From an uncultured Bacilli bacterium (GTDB lineage: Bacteria; Bacillota_I; Bacilli_A; RF39; UBA660): DNA of 64,000 nt. The stretch covers positions 419 through 64,418 of the forward strand of contig CAKOIS010000004.1 of the NCBI GenBank assembly GCA_934087065.1. The letters are read 5' to 3'. This document shows, in pieces, positions 9,687-19,326 of the stretch. Position 1 is the stretch's first letter. The number at the start of each line of letters is the position of its first letter. Below the pieces are notes generated by a model. The model saw only the letters and a list, made by a program, of their open reading frames with translations, was not told where the DNA came from and did no database searches. A program made the translations under genes and the position numbers.

Positions 9687-10217
9687 TTATTTAAGTAATT
9701 CACATAAATAATGTTCTTCCTTATTATGTTTCTTTTTTATTCTTTTATATTCACTAATATTATTAACTAAATTATTTACTCTCTTTTCATAATAATTGAT
9801 AAGAAAATCAGTTGACTGGTCATATTTTCTACCATTAAATTTTATATTCTTAAGTGCATATTGTTTAGGAGTTAACCCACTTTTATTATAGTCTTTTAAC
9901 ATTCCTTCATTAATTATAAGTAATATTTCTAACTCCGGCTTTGTACAGAATTTAAAAATTCTAGATTTAGATACATAATCTTTTAAATCTAACGGTACTT
10001 TAACTTCGTCACTCTGTTTATCTCCAATTCTGTACACAATAATTTCATCATTATAATGCTTGATTTCTGTTTTAATTACTGGATGAGTTAATTGTCTTAC
10101 ATTGTAAGGTTTTCTACCAATTAAATCTTCCCTAGTAAGAATTAATTTATTATTATCTATTAATAAATTCACAAGTGCTTCTTCATTTTTGCCTTCACAC
10201 ATTAAAAGATATTTCAC
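9687..10217 (-). CDS. DUF4276-like small protein with OLD/TOPRIM-type N-terminal motif; partner of upstream ATPase
   Basis: N-terminus MKYLLMCEGKNEEALVNLLI fits the hhhhhEGxxExxhh TOPRIM/DUF4276 start; 176 aa; 4-nt overlap (ATGA) with the ATPase gene. Confidence 0.5.
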   Translation of the reverse strand: MKYLLMCEGKNEEALVNLLIDNNKLILTREDLIGRKPYNVRQLTHPVIKTEIKHYNDEIIVYRIGDKQSDEVKVPLDLKDYVSKSRIFKFCTKPELEILLIINEGMLKDYNKSGLTPKQYALKNIKFNGRKYDQSTDFLINYYEKRVNNLVNNISEYKRIKKKHNKEEHYLCELLK

Positions 10218-11347
10218 ATTAACTCCTTCTTAAAATTCATTAAATATTCATAATTTAAATTTGTTCCAAATAAATTGTTATAAAAACACTTGCTTTTTAA
10301 TAAATCAGGTCTAACTTTATAATTCTTATACACATTTAATAATTCAATTTTCTTATCATAATTAGTAACATAAATATTATCAAGTCTCTCAAATAAATCA
10401 AGTAACTCAGCATAATGTGTAGTAAATATTAAAGTGGCATTATACTTATTAACACTTTTATCTTTATATAAGTTAATTATATTTTCAACTAAAGTTTTAT
10501 GAAAATGATTTTCTATCTCATCAATTATTAAATCACACCCAGTTTTTAAAGAATAAATTAAATTAGAAAACAAATCTATACCTTTATTAGTACCACTAGA
10601 TAATATTTGATAAAGCTCATAGTAAGTTACTTCCTTTGTAATTTTATCAGAATAAGTAATTCTACATTTATCATTATCAAATTTTTCAATATTACTAATA
10701 TGCGCATCAAATAATTTTAATGTACTCTTTAATGTTTTATTGTTATCATTTAATAATTTAAATACATTAAGTGCGTAAGAGTGAGTTGTGTAAGATAACT
10801 CATTACTTGTAAAAAATATACCTCTTACATCAATAGACTTCAAAACATAATAAACTATAGAAGTATCAAGTGGCATTTCTTTTTTGATATTCATAATTTC
10901 ATACTTACTAAAGTCAAATATATCTCTAATACTTTTAGTATATTTTCTTAAATAAATCTCTTCATTTTTAAACTCAAAAGAACCATTATTTTCATTTTTA
11001 CTAATTTCAGTAATATATCTATATAAGTTTCCTTCGTGATAAAAAACAATTTCTATTTTTAAGTGAGTATCAAATATCTCAAAAAATCTTTTAGAATAAA
11101 CTATTCTAAAATTACTCAAAATATCATAAGCAATATTTATTAAACTCAAAACTGTAGTCTTACCACTCGCATTTTTTCCTATAATTGAAGTAGTGTTAAA
11201 GGTAAATAAATTTTCTTCTATCTCGCCAAGTTCAAATTCTTTATCGTCTAATGTTTTCTTAGAAACGGGAACTAGAGAAAAACTTAAATCTTCTTTACAC
11301 AAATTAAAGTTATTAAATTTAACATTTAATAGTTTCATACTTTTCAC
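10214..11347 (-). CDS. AAA_21/AAA_15-type (ABC-like) ATPase of a two-gene defence-like module
   Basis: Walker A GKNASGKTT, Walker B/D-loop LIIDEIENHFH, H-loop FTTHYAELL; no transport or SMC context. Confidence 0.7.
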   Translation of the reverse strand: MKSMKLLNVKFNNFNLCKEDLSFSLVPVSKKTLDDKEFELGEIEENLFTFNTTSIIGKNASGKTTVLSLINIAYDILSNFRIVYSKRFFEIFDTHLKIEIVFYHEGNLYRYITEISKNENNGSFEFKNEEIYLRKYTKSIRDIFDFSKYEIMNIKKEMPLDTSIVYYVLKSIDVRGIFFTSNELSYTTHSYALNVFKLLNDNNKTLKSTLKLFDAHISNIEKFDNDKCRITYSDKITKEVTYYELYQILSSGTNKGIDLFSNLIYSLKTGCDLIIDEIENHFHKTLVENIINLYKDKSVNKYNATLIFTTHYAELLDLFERLDNIYVTNYDKKIELLNVYKNYKVRPDLLKSKCFYNNLFGTNLNYEYLMNFKKELM

Positions 11348-11438
11348 CTCTTTCCATAGTATATTATACTACACATTTTACAAAATAACCACATTTTTCG
11401 TTTAAAATGTAAAAAAATACCTAAATAATTAGATATTT

Positions 11439-12407
11439 TTACTTTTTAATTAAAAATTCAAGAATACTTGTCTTATCTTTATTGCCACTTATTATATCAC
11501 TTACTAAATCAATAATAGGCATTTTAACATTTTCTCTTTTAATTAATTCTTTAATAGACTTTAATGTATATAAGCCTTCTACAGTTGTATTATTTGCATA
11601 CATATTAGCTTCTTCTAACTTACCTTCGCCTATCATTTTACCATAAGTATAATTTCTACTATTTGAGCTAGTACAAGTCATTAAAATATCTCCAAACCCT
11701 GCATAACTTAAAATAGTATTCTTGTTACCACCTAAAGCATCTATTAACTCTTTAATATCATTCAAAGCTTCAGTAAGAAAAAGTGCACGTGTTGAGTCTG
11801 TCACTCCCATTCCACCAAGCATACCAGAGACAATTGCCATAACATTCTTAATTGACCCACATACTTCTACTCCAATTAAATCTGCTGTATCTCTTAACTT
11901 AGTTATATCACTCACCATTAACTTTTTAACTAATTCTTTAGTGCTAGAATTTAATGTTGCAAGAGTAAGTCCAATTGGTACTTCTTTAACAATATCAACT
12001 GCAAATGTAGGTCCACTTATAACAGCAATTTTATTAGTATTCAAATTCTTCTCAACCACATCATTTAAAAACGAACAAGTATCATTTTCTATACCCTTAG
12101 TTGCAATTAAAATATGCATATTTTTTGTTAAATAATTACTAAGTTCTTTAGTTACAGAACTAGCAAACTTTGCAGGTACAGCTATAACAACAAGACTTGA
12201 GTCGCTCACTGCACTCTTGATATCAGTAGTAAATTCTATCCTCTCATCTATCTTATAACTAGGTAATTTATCACTAATTCTAGTACTAACTAACCCGTCT
12301 ATTTCATTTTGATTATTGCTATAACACACAACCTCATTATTATTCTTTATAAATCTACTTGCAAGAGCAAGTCCATATGCTCCACTACCTAATATACAAA
12401 CTTTCAT
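11439..12407 (-). CDS. gpsA: NAD(P)H-dependent glycerol-3-phosphate dehydrogenase
   Basis: MKVCILGSGAYGLALA Rossmann start, GpsA-length, conserved core. Confidence 0.9.
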   Translation of the reverse strand: MKVCILGSGAYGLALASRFIKNNNEVVCYSNNQNEIDGLVSTRISDKLPSYKIDERIEFTTDIKSAVSDSSLVVIAVPAKFASSVTKELSNYLTKNMHILIATKGIENDTCSFLNDVVEKNLNTNKIAVISGPTFAVDIVKEVPIGLTLATLNSSTKELVKKLMVSDITKLRDTADLIGVEVCGSIKNVMAIVSGMLGGMGVTDSTRALFLTEALNDIKELIDALGGNKNTILSYAGFGDILMTCTSSNSRNYTYGKMIGEGKLEEANMYANNTTVEGLYTLKSIKELIKRENVKMPIIDLVSDIISGNKDKTSILEFLIKK

Positions 12408-13444
12408 TTCTTCTCCTTATTTGTAAATATTACATTAGTTTTAAACACTAAGAATAAAAGTATAAACACAAGTAAAATATAGAATATTATCATCTCATCT
12501 TTATATCCAATTGCATAAAACACAGTAGCAACACTAAATATTAAATCTACTCCATATATAGTAAGAATAGTCTTTCTTGTACTAAGTCTTTTCAATAGTT
12601 GATGATGTATATGTTCCTTATCAGGACTACCAATAGGTTTTCCATTTATAGTACGTCTAATTATTGCAAATAAAGTATCCATTATTGGTAAAACTAGTAA
12701 TACTGCTGGAATTAATAGTGATGTTAAAGTAACTGTCTTAAACCCAAGTAGCATAATAACACTTATCATAAGACCCAAGAAAGTACTTCCAGTATCCCCC
12801 ATAAATATCTTAGCAGGTGGAAAATTAAACACCAAGAAACCTAAAGTCGCACCAAGCATAATGAAAGACAATATTATGTCTAGACCACCCAATTGATTTA
12901 AGATAAGCGCAATTACTCCAATTGTTAAGAAGTATATTGAAGAAATACCCGCACATAATCCATCTAGTCCATCTATTAAATTAATAGCGTTTATTATACT
13001 AACAATAATTAAAATAGTTACAGGACTAGCCATAAAACCAAAGTCTACTTTAAAAGAAAACATTGTCGCATTAGTAAGTTTTAACCCTCCATAAAATACA
13101 ATTATACTTGCAACTAATATATGCACAATAAATTTGTACTTAGCAGGTATCGGTTTAATATCATCAAATATTCCTAAAAGTAAAATCAAAAACGATGCAA
13201 TTAAAATAGATATCATTAAAGCATTATGGTTTCCAAACAACATAAAGCCAAACAAGAAACCTAAAAATATACCTATTCCACCAAGTAGCGGTGTTGGCTT
13301 AGTGTGTGCACTCCTTGCATTTGGCACATCTAATATACCTGTATGAACTGCAACCAACTTTGATAAATAAGTAAATACCACACTAGCAGCAAAAGTAGCT
13401 AGTACTATCAAAAAAACATTATGTCCATTTACTACAAAATTCAT
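12404..13444 (-). CDS. UDP-GlcNAc:undecaprenyl-phosphate GlcNAc-1-phosphate transferase-like (MraY/WecA/TagO family, GT4)
   Basis: Polytopic; DDxKPIP and MraY-family motifs; start moved to second Met (MNFVVNG...) which has an AGGAAG RBS, whereas the first ATG at 13477 has none. Confidence 0.75.
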   Translation of the reverse strand: MNFVVNGHNVFLIVLATFAASVVFTYLSKLVAVHTGILDVPNARSAHTKPTPLLGGIGIFLGFLFGFMLFGNHNALMISILIASFLILLLGIFDDIKPIPAKYKFIVHILVASIIVFYGGLKLTNATMFSFKVDFGFMASPVTILIIVSIINAINLIDGLDGLCAGISSIYFLTIGVIALILNQLGGLDIILSFIMLGATLGFLVFNFPPAKIFMGDTGSTFLGLMISVIMLLGFKTVTLTSLLIPAVLLVLPIMDTLFAIIRRTINGKPIGSPDKEHIHHQLLKRLSTRKTILTIYGVDLIFSVATVFYAIGYKDEMIIFYILLVFILLFLVFKTNVIFTNKEKK

Positions 13445-13491
13445 ATAATCAACTTCCTTCAGAATTAATTGTACCATTTTTTAAAGCTATT

Positions 13492-13564
13492 TTAAACCCC
13501 TAATTAATATAAAAATTAAAAGCAAAACAGAAAACTTGTTTAAAGCTCCTATTTATAGGGGTTT
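13492..13564. repeat. Long-range inverted repeat aaaccccta ... taggggttt in the wecA-like leader
   Basis: 9-bp arms ~54 nt apart, seen directly. Confidence 0.4.
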
Positions 13565-13570
13565 AAAATA

Positions 13571-13690
13571 AATTTTTGCACTTTTGTAAAGTTTTTGCAA
13601 CCTATTTTTGACACTTTTGTATAGTTTTTTTAGTAATTTTTCGCACTTTTGCATACTTTTTAACACCTGTTTTTAGCACTTTTGTAAAAA
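13571..13690. repeat. Four tandem imperfect ~20-bp motifs (TTTTTGCACTTTTGTAAAG-like) at ~32-bp spacing
   Basis: Copies at 13573, 13605, 13637 and 13669; in the intergenic region between LCP and wecA-like genes. Confidence 0.6.
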
Positions 13691-13711
13691 AACGAAGTAT
13701 CTCTACTCCGT
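13684..13711 (-). terminator. Terminator of LCP gene
   Basis: Hairpin acgaagta-tctc-tactccgt followed on minus strand by a U7 run. Confidence 0.55.
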
Positions 13712-15535
13712 TTCTTCTTCACTTACATCATTATTAACGTCTTCACTTTGACTAGTTTTCTTAATAACAGTAATTGTAATATTACTACCAGCTTCTTCAG
13801 CTAAAACACCTTCATGAACACTTTGACTTGTTATTTGACCGTCACTATATTCTTCACTTTCACTAGTAGTCTCATTAACGTTTATTGTTATTCCATTTGC
13901 ACTTCCCCAACTCTTTGCTTCACTTACACTCATTAAAGTAAAGTCAGGTATTACTTGCTTTCTTGTTTCATTATAATAAGTTTTGCCAATTACTTCTTTC
14001 TCATAAGGCTCATTCAAATCAAAAGTAAACTCTTTAATTTCTTCCTTTTTCTCTTTACCTAATGTAATATTCATAGCCTTAACTATATCTGCTAAACTCT
14101 GTTTATAATATTGGAAAGTATATGTTTTACCACTTCCATTATAAACATACAAATCATATCCTGTTAAATAAGTCTTAGTAATATTTAAATTAACATCCCC
14201 ACTTTTAATTAACAAGTTCTTAGCTACATTATAAAATGATAACATCTCATTAGTACTCATATTAGTATCTATATTATTACTTATTGCATTCAATATAGAA
14301 TAAAAATCATTAACACTTCTAACACTTTTCATACTTTGTATCATAGCTTCCACTATCATTTGTTGATGTTGCGCTCTTTGAAAGTCTCCAAGTGGTAAAG
14401 AATGTCTATGTCTTGCAAACGCTAAAGCTTGTTCACCATCAAGTTTTTGTACTCCAGGCTCCAAACATATCAAAGCATCTCCAAACTCTCTATTGCTATT
14501 CTGTTCACAAAAACTAATTGGCACATCTACTGTAACTCCACCTAAAACATTAACTAAATCAACTACACCCTTAAAATTAATCTTAGCGTAATAGTCAACA
14601 TTTATACCAGTTAAATCTTGAACAGTTTTAACCATACATGATGTCCCACCCCAACTAGCTGCATTAATTTTATTTAATCTTCCACTACAAGCCATTTTTA
14701 CATAAGTATCTCTTGGAATACTAAATATTGTAGCATTTAATGTAACCGGGTCAAAACTAACAAGCATAATAGTATCTCCATTAAATGAACTTGATTCCTT
14801 TATACCTTGTCCTTCACTATCAATACCTAAAAGTAATATTGTAAAAGGCTTAGTTACCTCAGTCTTATCACTAATAGTATCCTTTTCAACATGAGCTTTT
14901 TGGTAATTCTTTTTATAAACAGTTATTTCATAAAGTTTAGTATCTTCAGTATACCCTTCTACTAAAGCAAACTTAGATTTATAATCATTTGATATAAATA
15001 TAAAGTCAACTTCATCATTTATAAGTGCACTCATCAAAGTAACTAAATCGCTATACTCGACTATCTCGTTATTAGTTTTTAAATTATTTTTATCTATTAC
15101 TTCCATAGGCAAAATATAGTTACTTATGTCTTCCTTATCACTTATTACACCAATTTTTTTCCCGTTAATCAAATCAAGCTTAGCTTCACTCTTAGAAAGC
15201 ATAATAGTAGTATATGTAAGTTCATCCTTATTCATATTATCTAACTCTTTATAAGCTTTATAAATAAGACTAGAAACTACAAACAATATAACACTCAGTA
15301 GTATACTAATAACACTAGATATAATAATCTTTTTAACCTTATTATGTTTAGCACCTTCAATTAAACTATAACCTAAAAGTATACTAATTAAAACTAATAA
15401 CAAGCTACCCATAACCCTGTAAAAAGTCTCAATTTTACCAAGTAAAGACATATTATAAATAAGAAAGCCTAAGCTTATCAAAAGCATAACTAAAACTATA
15501 TAACTTATTATTTTATAAACAATACTGTTTTTCAT
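13703..15535 (-). CDS. LytR-CpsA-Psr (LCP) family cell-wall glycopolymer ligase with long C-terminal extension
   Basis: N-terminal TM; LCP core (ILLLGIDSEG, GDTIMLVSFDP, SIPRDTYV). Confidence 0.8.
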   Translation of the reverse strand: MKNSIVYKIISYIVLVMLLISLGFLIYNMSLLGKIETFYRVMGSLLLVLISILLGYSLIEGAKHNKVKKIIISSVISILLSVILFVVSSLIYKAYKELDNMNKDELTYTTIMLSKSEAKLDLINGKKIGVISDKEDISNYILPMEVIDKNNLKTNNEIVEYSDLVTLMSALINDEVDFIFISNDYKSKFALVEGYTEDTKLYEITVYKKNYQKAHVEKDTISDKTEVTKPFTILLLGIDSEGQGIKESSSFNGDTIMLVSFDPVTLNATIFSIPRDTYVKMACSGRLNKINAASWGGTSCMVKTVQDLTGINVDYYAKINFKGVVDLVNVLGGVTVDVPISFCEQNSNREFGDALICLEPGVQKLDGEQALAFARHRHSLPLGDFQRAQHQQMIVEAMIQSMKSVRSVNDFYSILNAISNNIDTNMSTNEMLSFYNVAKNLLIKSGDVNLNITKTYLTGYDLYVYNGSGKTYTFQYYKQSLADIVKAMNITLGKEKKEEIKEFTFDLNEPYEKEVIGKTYYNETRKQVIPDFTLMSVSEAKSWGSANGITINVNETTSESEEYSDGQITSQSVHEGVLAEEAGSNITITVIKKTSQSEDVNNDVSEEETE

Positions 15536-15570
15536 TTATACACACCTCATTATAGTTCTAAAAAATTATA

Positions 15571-16950
15571 TCATTTCTTTTCTTCTTTATCAATATTTTC
15601 TTCACTTTCTTCTTTATTATTATCTTTCTTATCTTTTTCATTCATTTTATCTAACATAATTTTCTTTACTTTCTTTTTTCTTCTACTCTTTCTAATCATA
15701 TTAAGAACAAGCACCATTAAAAGAATTAAAGTCTCCACTCCTAAAACTATTATAATAAGTAAATAATTATCTACTCTCTTACTTAAATCATTTATAATAG
15801 TTTTATCATATTTAACAAAAGAATTATTAGTTGTATCTAACTGATAAAAACCTTCTACATTATTTTCTATATTCACTCCATACACTACATAAAAGTCTTT
15901 ACTATTTTTATATCTATATGCATTTATTTTTTCTTCATTTAATGTAATAGTCTCTTTAACAAACCCTTTTAATTCTTCCTTACTTTCTTTAGGAAATAAA
16001 GTAATACCACTAGTTTTAATCTCTCTATATAATGTATAAGTATCATTCATTTTATCAAATACATATAATTTAGCTTCTCCACTACTATTTTTTAAACCAA
16101 CTAAAACATAATTAGTAATACTACTTTTAAAAGCAGGAACTTCTATACCATTAATGGTTTCTTTAGTCTCTTCATAAGTAGAAGGACAGACTAATGTACT
16201 AACTCTTTTAACAACAGTATACTTCTCATTATCAATAACTACTTCAATAGGATTTTTGTCTTCTACATTTACTTTTACTGTATAAGTTTTAGTACTTCCA
16301 TTTTGCGCTGTTACTTTAATTTCAAACTTGTTTTCCCCTTCACTTACCTCAAACTCTCCAAGTCCTGTTGCGCTTGCTGTATTATCTTCAACACTACCAT
16401 TAATATTAATCTTAGTAACATCACTCGGTACACTTACTACATACTCTAAAGTATCTTTATTAAATTCACTTTCAAATGTATACCCTTCTACTTCTAAACT
16501 CTTAAGATTATTATTTTTACTATAACTAGCTTCCAACTCTTCCTGAGTAATTGCATTAATTCTAACACTACCTGCACTAATAGATAACTTACTTTCATCA
16601 AACGCATACCCATTATAACTACTAATACTTACACTACTACTACCTCTTGCAATTACTTTAAATGTATACTTGTAACTTGCACTCTTTGTACTAGAATTAG
16701 ATGCATAGTCAACTATATGCGTATCTCCACTTACTAACTTTAATTTAGAACTATCATAACTCAAACTATACTCCCAACTTCCTAGTGCACTACTGCTACT
16801 TACATTGACAGTTACAGTAATTTGATTTCCCACAATTGGACTACTTTTACTAGTACTAACTCTAATATTAGCACTTGCTGCACTTAAACTTAATACTCCC
16901 ATAAAACTCACTATTACAGTAAGTATTATTTTCTTAAACATTCCCTTCAT
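15571..16950 (-). CDS. Cohesin-domain protein with cadherin-like beta-sandwich domain, C-terminal TM anchor and Lys-rich tail
   Basis: Signal peptide; ANIRVSTSKSSPIVGNQITVTVNVSSSS...YSLSYDSSKLKLVSGD cohesin-like pattern; C-terminal hydrophobic helix + RKSRRKKK. Confidence 0.55.
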   Translation of the reverse strand: MKGMFKKIILTVIVSFMGVLSLSAASANIRVSTSKSSPIVGNQITVTVNVSSSSALGSWEYSLSYDSSKLKLVSGDTHIVDYASNSSTKSASYKYTFKVIARGSSSVSISSYNGYAFDESKLSISAGSVRINAITQEELEASYSKNNNLKSLEVEGYTFESEFNKDTLEYVVSVPSDVTKININGSVEDNTASATGLGEFEVSEGENKFEIKVTAQNGSTKTYTVKVNVEDKNPIEVVIDNEKYTVVKRVSTLVCPSTYEETKETINGIEVPAFKSSITNYVLVGLKNSSGEAKLYVFDKMNDTYTLYREIKTSGITLFPKESKEELKGFVKETITLNEEKINAYRYKNSKDFYVVYGVNIENNVEGFYQLDTTNNSFVKYDKTIINDLSKRVDNYLLIIIVLGVETLILLMVLVLNMIRKSRRKKKVKKIMLDKMNEKDKKDNNKEESEENIDKEEKK

Positions 16951-16965
16951 AATTATTCACTCTCC

Positions 16966-19215
16966 TTAAAATGTTATAGATTTTAATATATATTTTTGTA
17001 CTCTAAGTAAATCTAATATTGTTACTTCCCCGTCTGCATTAGTGTCTCCACTTATTAAATATTCACTACTTAATTTAGAAGAACCAAGTAAGTGTTTTTG
17101 AACCTTTAACAAGTCAAGTATTGTCACTTCTCCGTCTCCACTCACATCTCCTATGATGCTTATTACAAAGCTCTTACTTTCTCCAGATGGAGTAATCATC
17201 TTTATTGTTTGTCCAGTCTTTAAAGTACTTCCACTTCCTACTCCAACACCATTACTTTCATTAATTGTAACAGTTGTACCAGCACTATACTTATTTATAC
17301 TGTTTATTAGTGTCCCAGCATTAGTATTAGGACTAATATTATATATTACACTACCATTAACTTTAACACTTAAATTACTTATTATATCATTAATACTTGT
17401 AGTATCATTTACTTTTATAATAGTTAACTTATAAATTCTAACATCTCCGTTTTCACTAGTTACCTTAATTTCATGAATAGTCTTATCACTAGTTAAATCT
17501 AACTTACCCGTACCTTCTACTTTACTAGAAGAATCAGTAAGTACTACACTTAAATTATATTCTTTATCATTTTTATTAACATACACATTAAATTCTAGTA
17601 TATCTTTATCAAAATTACTTACATTCTTCCCATTAATACTTATACTTTCAATTGTATTTATTTTACTTACATTAGTTGGTAAACTTACCACTTCAGGCAT
17701 ATTTAAAAATACTGGAATATCAAATAAGAATGGTTCATCTAGTAACTTCATTTCTTGATATGCTATATATGCGTCAGCCCCTTCACTTGCAGGCGCTAAG
17801 ACGTTAGTTTGATATGAATGAGTATACAATGTAGCACTTGTATTATAAGCTGGGTCCACATTAAATCTTTGTAAATATTGTGTGTGTTGTCCATCAGCTA
17901 TATACCCTTCAGCTATTATTTGTGCTCCACCATAAATTGCTTTTTCTCTAGTATCCCACGGTTTATAATATTTATCATCTCCACCACATTTACTACCACA
18001 CGCATACTTTAACCCATTTAACACTGGGTTTGGCCATCCTGCTGTTTTATAAGCATTAATATTATAAAAGTTATAATACCCTTTTAAATTAAGTCCATTA
18101 TACAATTCACTATATGTTCCACTTACAGCAACGTAACTCTCATTTGTTGCTCCTTCTCCATGTGCACGAGTTGCTAAATGCACAGGACTCACGTTATGTG
18201 TAAACCCTGCTCCAATAAACATATATTTATATTCATCAGTATTCAAAAATGACCCACTAAACACACTACTAATAGTATTATAATATTTCTTAGTTATCTC
18301 ACTATCTTTATTTAAAGTATCCTTATTATCACTTCCATAATTATATTTCAAACTTTCAAACATAAACACAAACTTTTCAGTTAAAAAGTTTCTTGGGTCT
18401 AAATAAAATGCTGTCACTTCAGGTTTAGCTCTATACCAACCACTCCCATCAACTGAATCATCATCATTCACTCTATATAAATCATTTGCATAGTTTATTA
18501 AGTTTGTCTTACTTGTTACTCCACTTACTACTTCACTCCAATGTAAATTTGTAATAATTGGTTTAAAAGTCCATGTAGGATGCAACTTATGTAACTTAGT
18601 TAAATACGGAATATAACTTTCAGGAAATCCTAGTTCACTCAAATACTTAGCATATTCTGTATCCGTATCCACCATTTCACTCTTTTTAAGAACAAACTTA
18701 GAACACACATATCCTATACTATTCTTATTATATTTTATTTTATAAAATCCTTCACTACATCCACTTCCACTTATCTTGTCTCCCATAATTGTAACATTAG
18801 TTCCAGGTAAAAGTGTAGTAATTAAACTAGAATTATAACTATTACTTTTCATTACTTTAATATTAACACCATTTATTCTAGCTTCAAAAGTATCAGTGTT
18901 GTATGAAACGTCTTCTCCCCCAGTCACTTCTCCAATTGACACATATAACCCACACATATAAGCTTCAGTATTATTAATTTTAATCTTATACCATCCACCA
19001 CTACAGTTTACATCATCTTTATTATATAACTCATCACTCACTAGATCTAACACAGTATTTTTTTCATTAATTTGTCCTAATCTTTTATAATTCGTACCAG
19101 GTCCTTCTCTATATCCAACGTATGTATTAGTAGTGTATCCACTAAGCGCATTTACTTTGGTAACCATGAAAAAACTTACAAATATAGTTATAACTAAAAA
19201 CATTATTTTTTTCAT
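16966..19215 (-). CDS. Secreted multidomain putative peptidoglycan hydrolase: 2x SH3b + glucosaminidase-like catalytic region + cadherin-like domain + C-terminal type-I dockerin
   Basis: Signal peptide; SH3b-like repeats; C-terminal duplicated Ca-binding segments GDVSGDGEVTILDLLKVQKHLLG / GDTNADGEVTILDLLRVQKYILK typical of dockerin. Confidence 0.6.
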   Translation of the reverse strand: MKKIMFLVITIFVSFFMVTKVNALSGYTTNTYVGYREGPGTNYKRLGQINEKNTVLDLVSDELYNKDDVNCSGGWYKIKINNTEAYMCGLYVSIGEVTGGEDVSYNTDTFEARINGVNIKVMKSNSYNSSLITTLLPGTNVTIMGDKISGSGCSEGFYKIKYNKNSIGYVCSKFVLKKSEMVDTDTEYAKYLSELGFPESYIPYLTKLHKLHPTWTFKPIITNLHWSEVVSGVTSKTNLINYANDLYRVNDDDSVDGSGWYRAKPEVTAFYLDPRNFLTEKFVFMFESLKYNYGSDNKDTLNKDSEITKKYYNTISSVFSGSFLNTDEYKYMFIGAGFTHNVSPVHLATRAHGEGATNESYVAVSGTYSELYNGLNLKGYYNFYNINAYKTAGWPNPVLNGLKYACGSKCGGDDKYYKPWDTREKAIYGGAQIIAEGYIADGQHTQYLQRFNVDPAYNTSATLYTHSYQTNVLAPASEGADAYIAYQEMKLLDEPFLFDIPVFLNMPEVVSLPTNVSKINTIESISINGKNVSNFDKDILEFNVYVNKNDKEYNLSVVLTDSSSKVEGTGKLDLTSDKTIHEIKVTSENGDVRIYKLTIIKVNDTTSINDIISNLSVKVNGSVIYNISPNTNAGTLINSINKYSAGTTVTINESNGVGVGSGSTLKTGQTIKMITPSGESKSFVISIIGDVSGDGEVTILDLLKVQKHLLGSSKLSSEYLISGDTNADGEVTILDLLRVQKYILKSITF

Positions 19216-19326
19216 AACACACCTCCTACTAATACTCTATCTATATAATTATATCATATGTTTTAAGTATATGTCTAAAAAAAATACCATTTTACATGGT
19301 AATTTATACAAAATATATATTTTTCT

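Noticed and set aside
11348-11438. Terminator for gpsA / promoter of the ATPase gene in this 90-bp gap
   Set aside because: Only weak, short stems (acattt/aaatgt) in extremely AT-rich DNA; not convincing enough to annotate.
13571-13690. Possible CRISPR array
   Set aside because: Only four imperfect ~20-bp repeats with ~12-bp AT-rich, near-identical spacers and no cas genes; consistent with regulator sites, not CRISPR.
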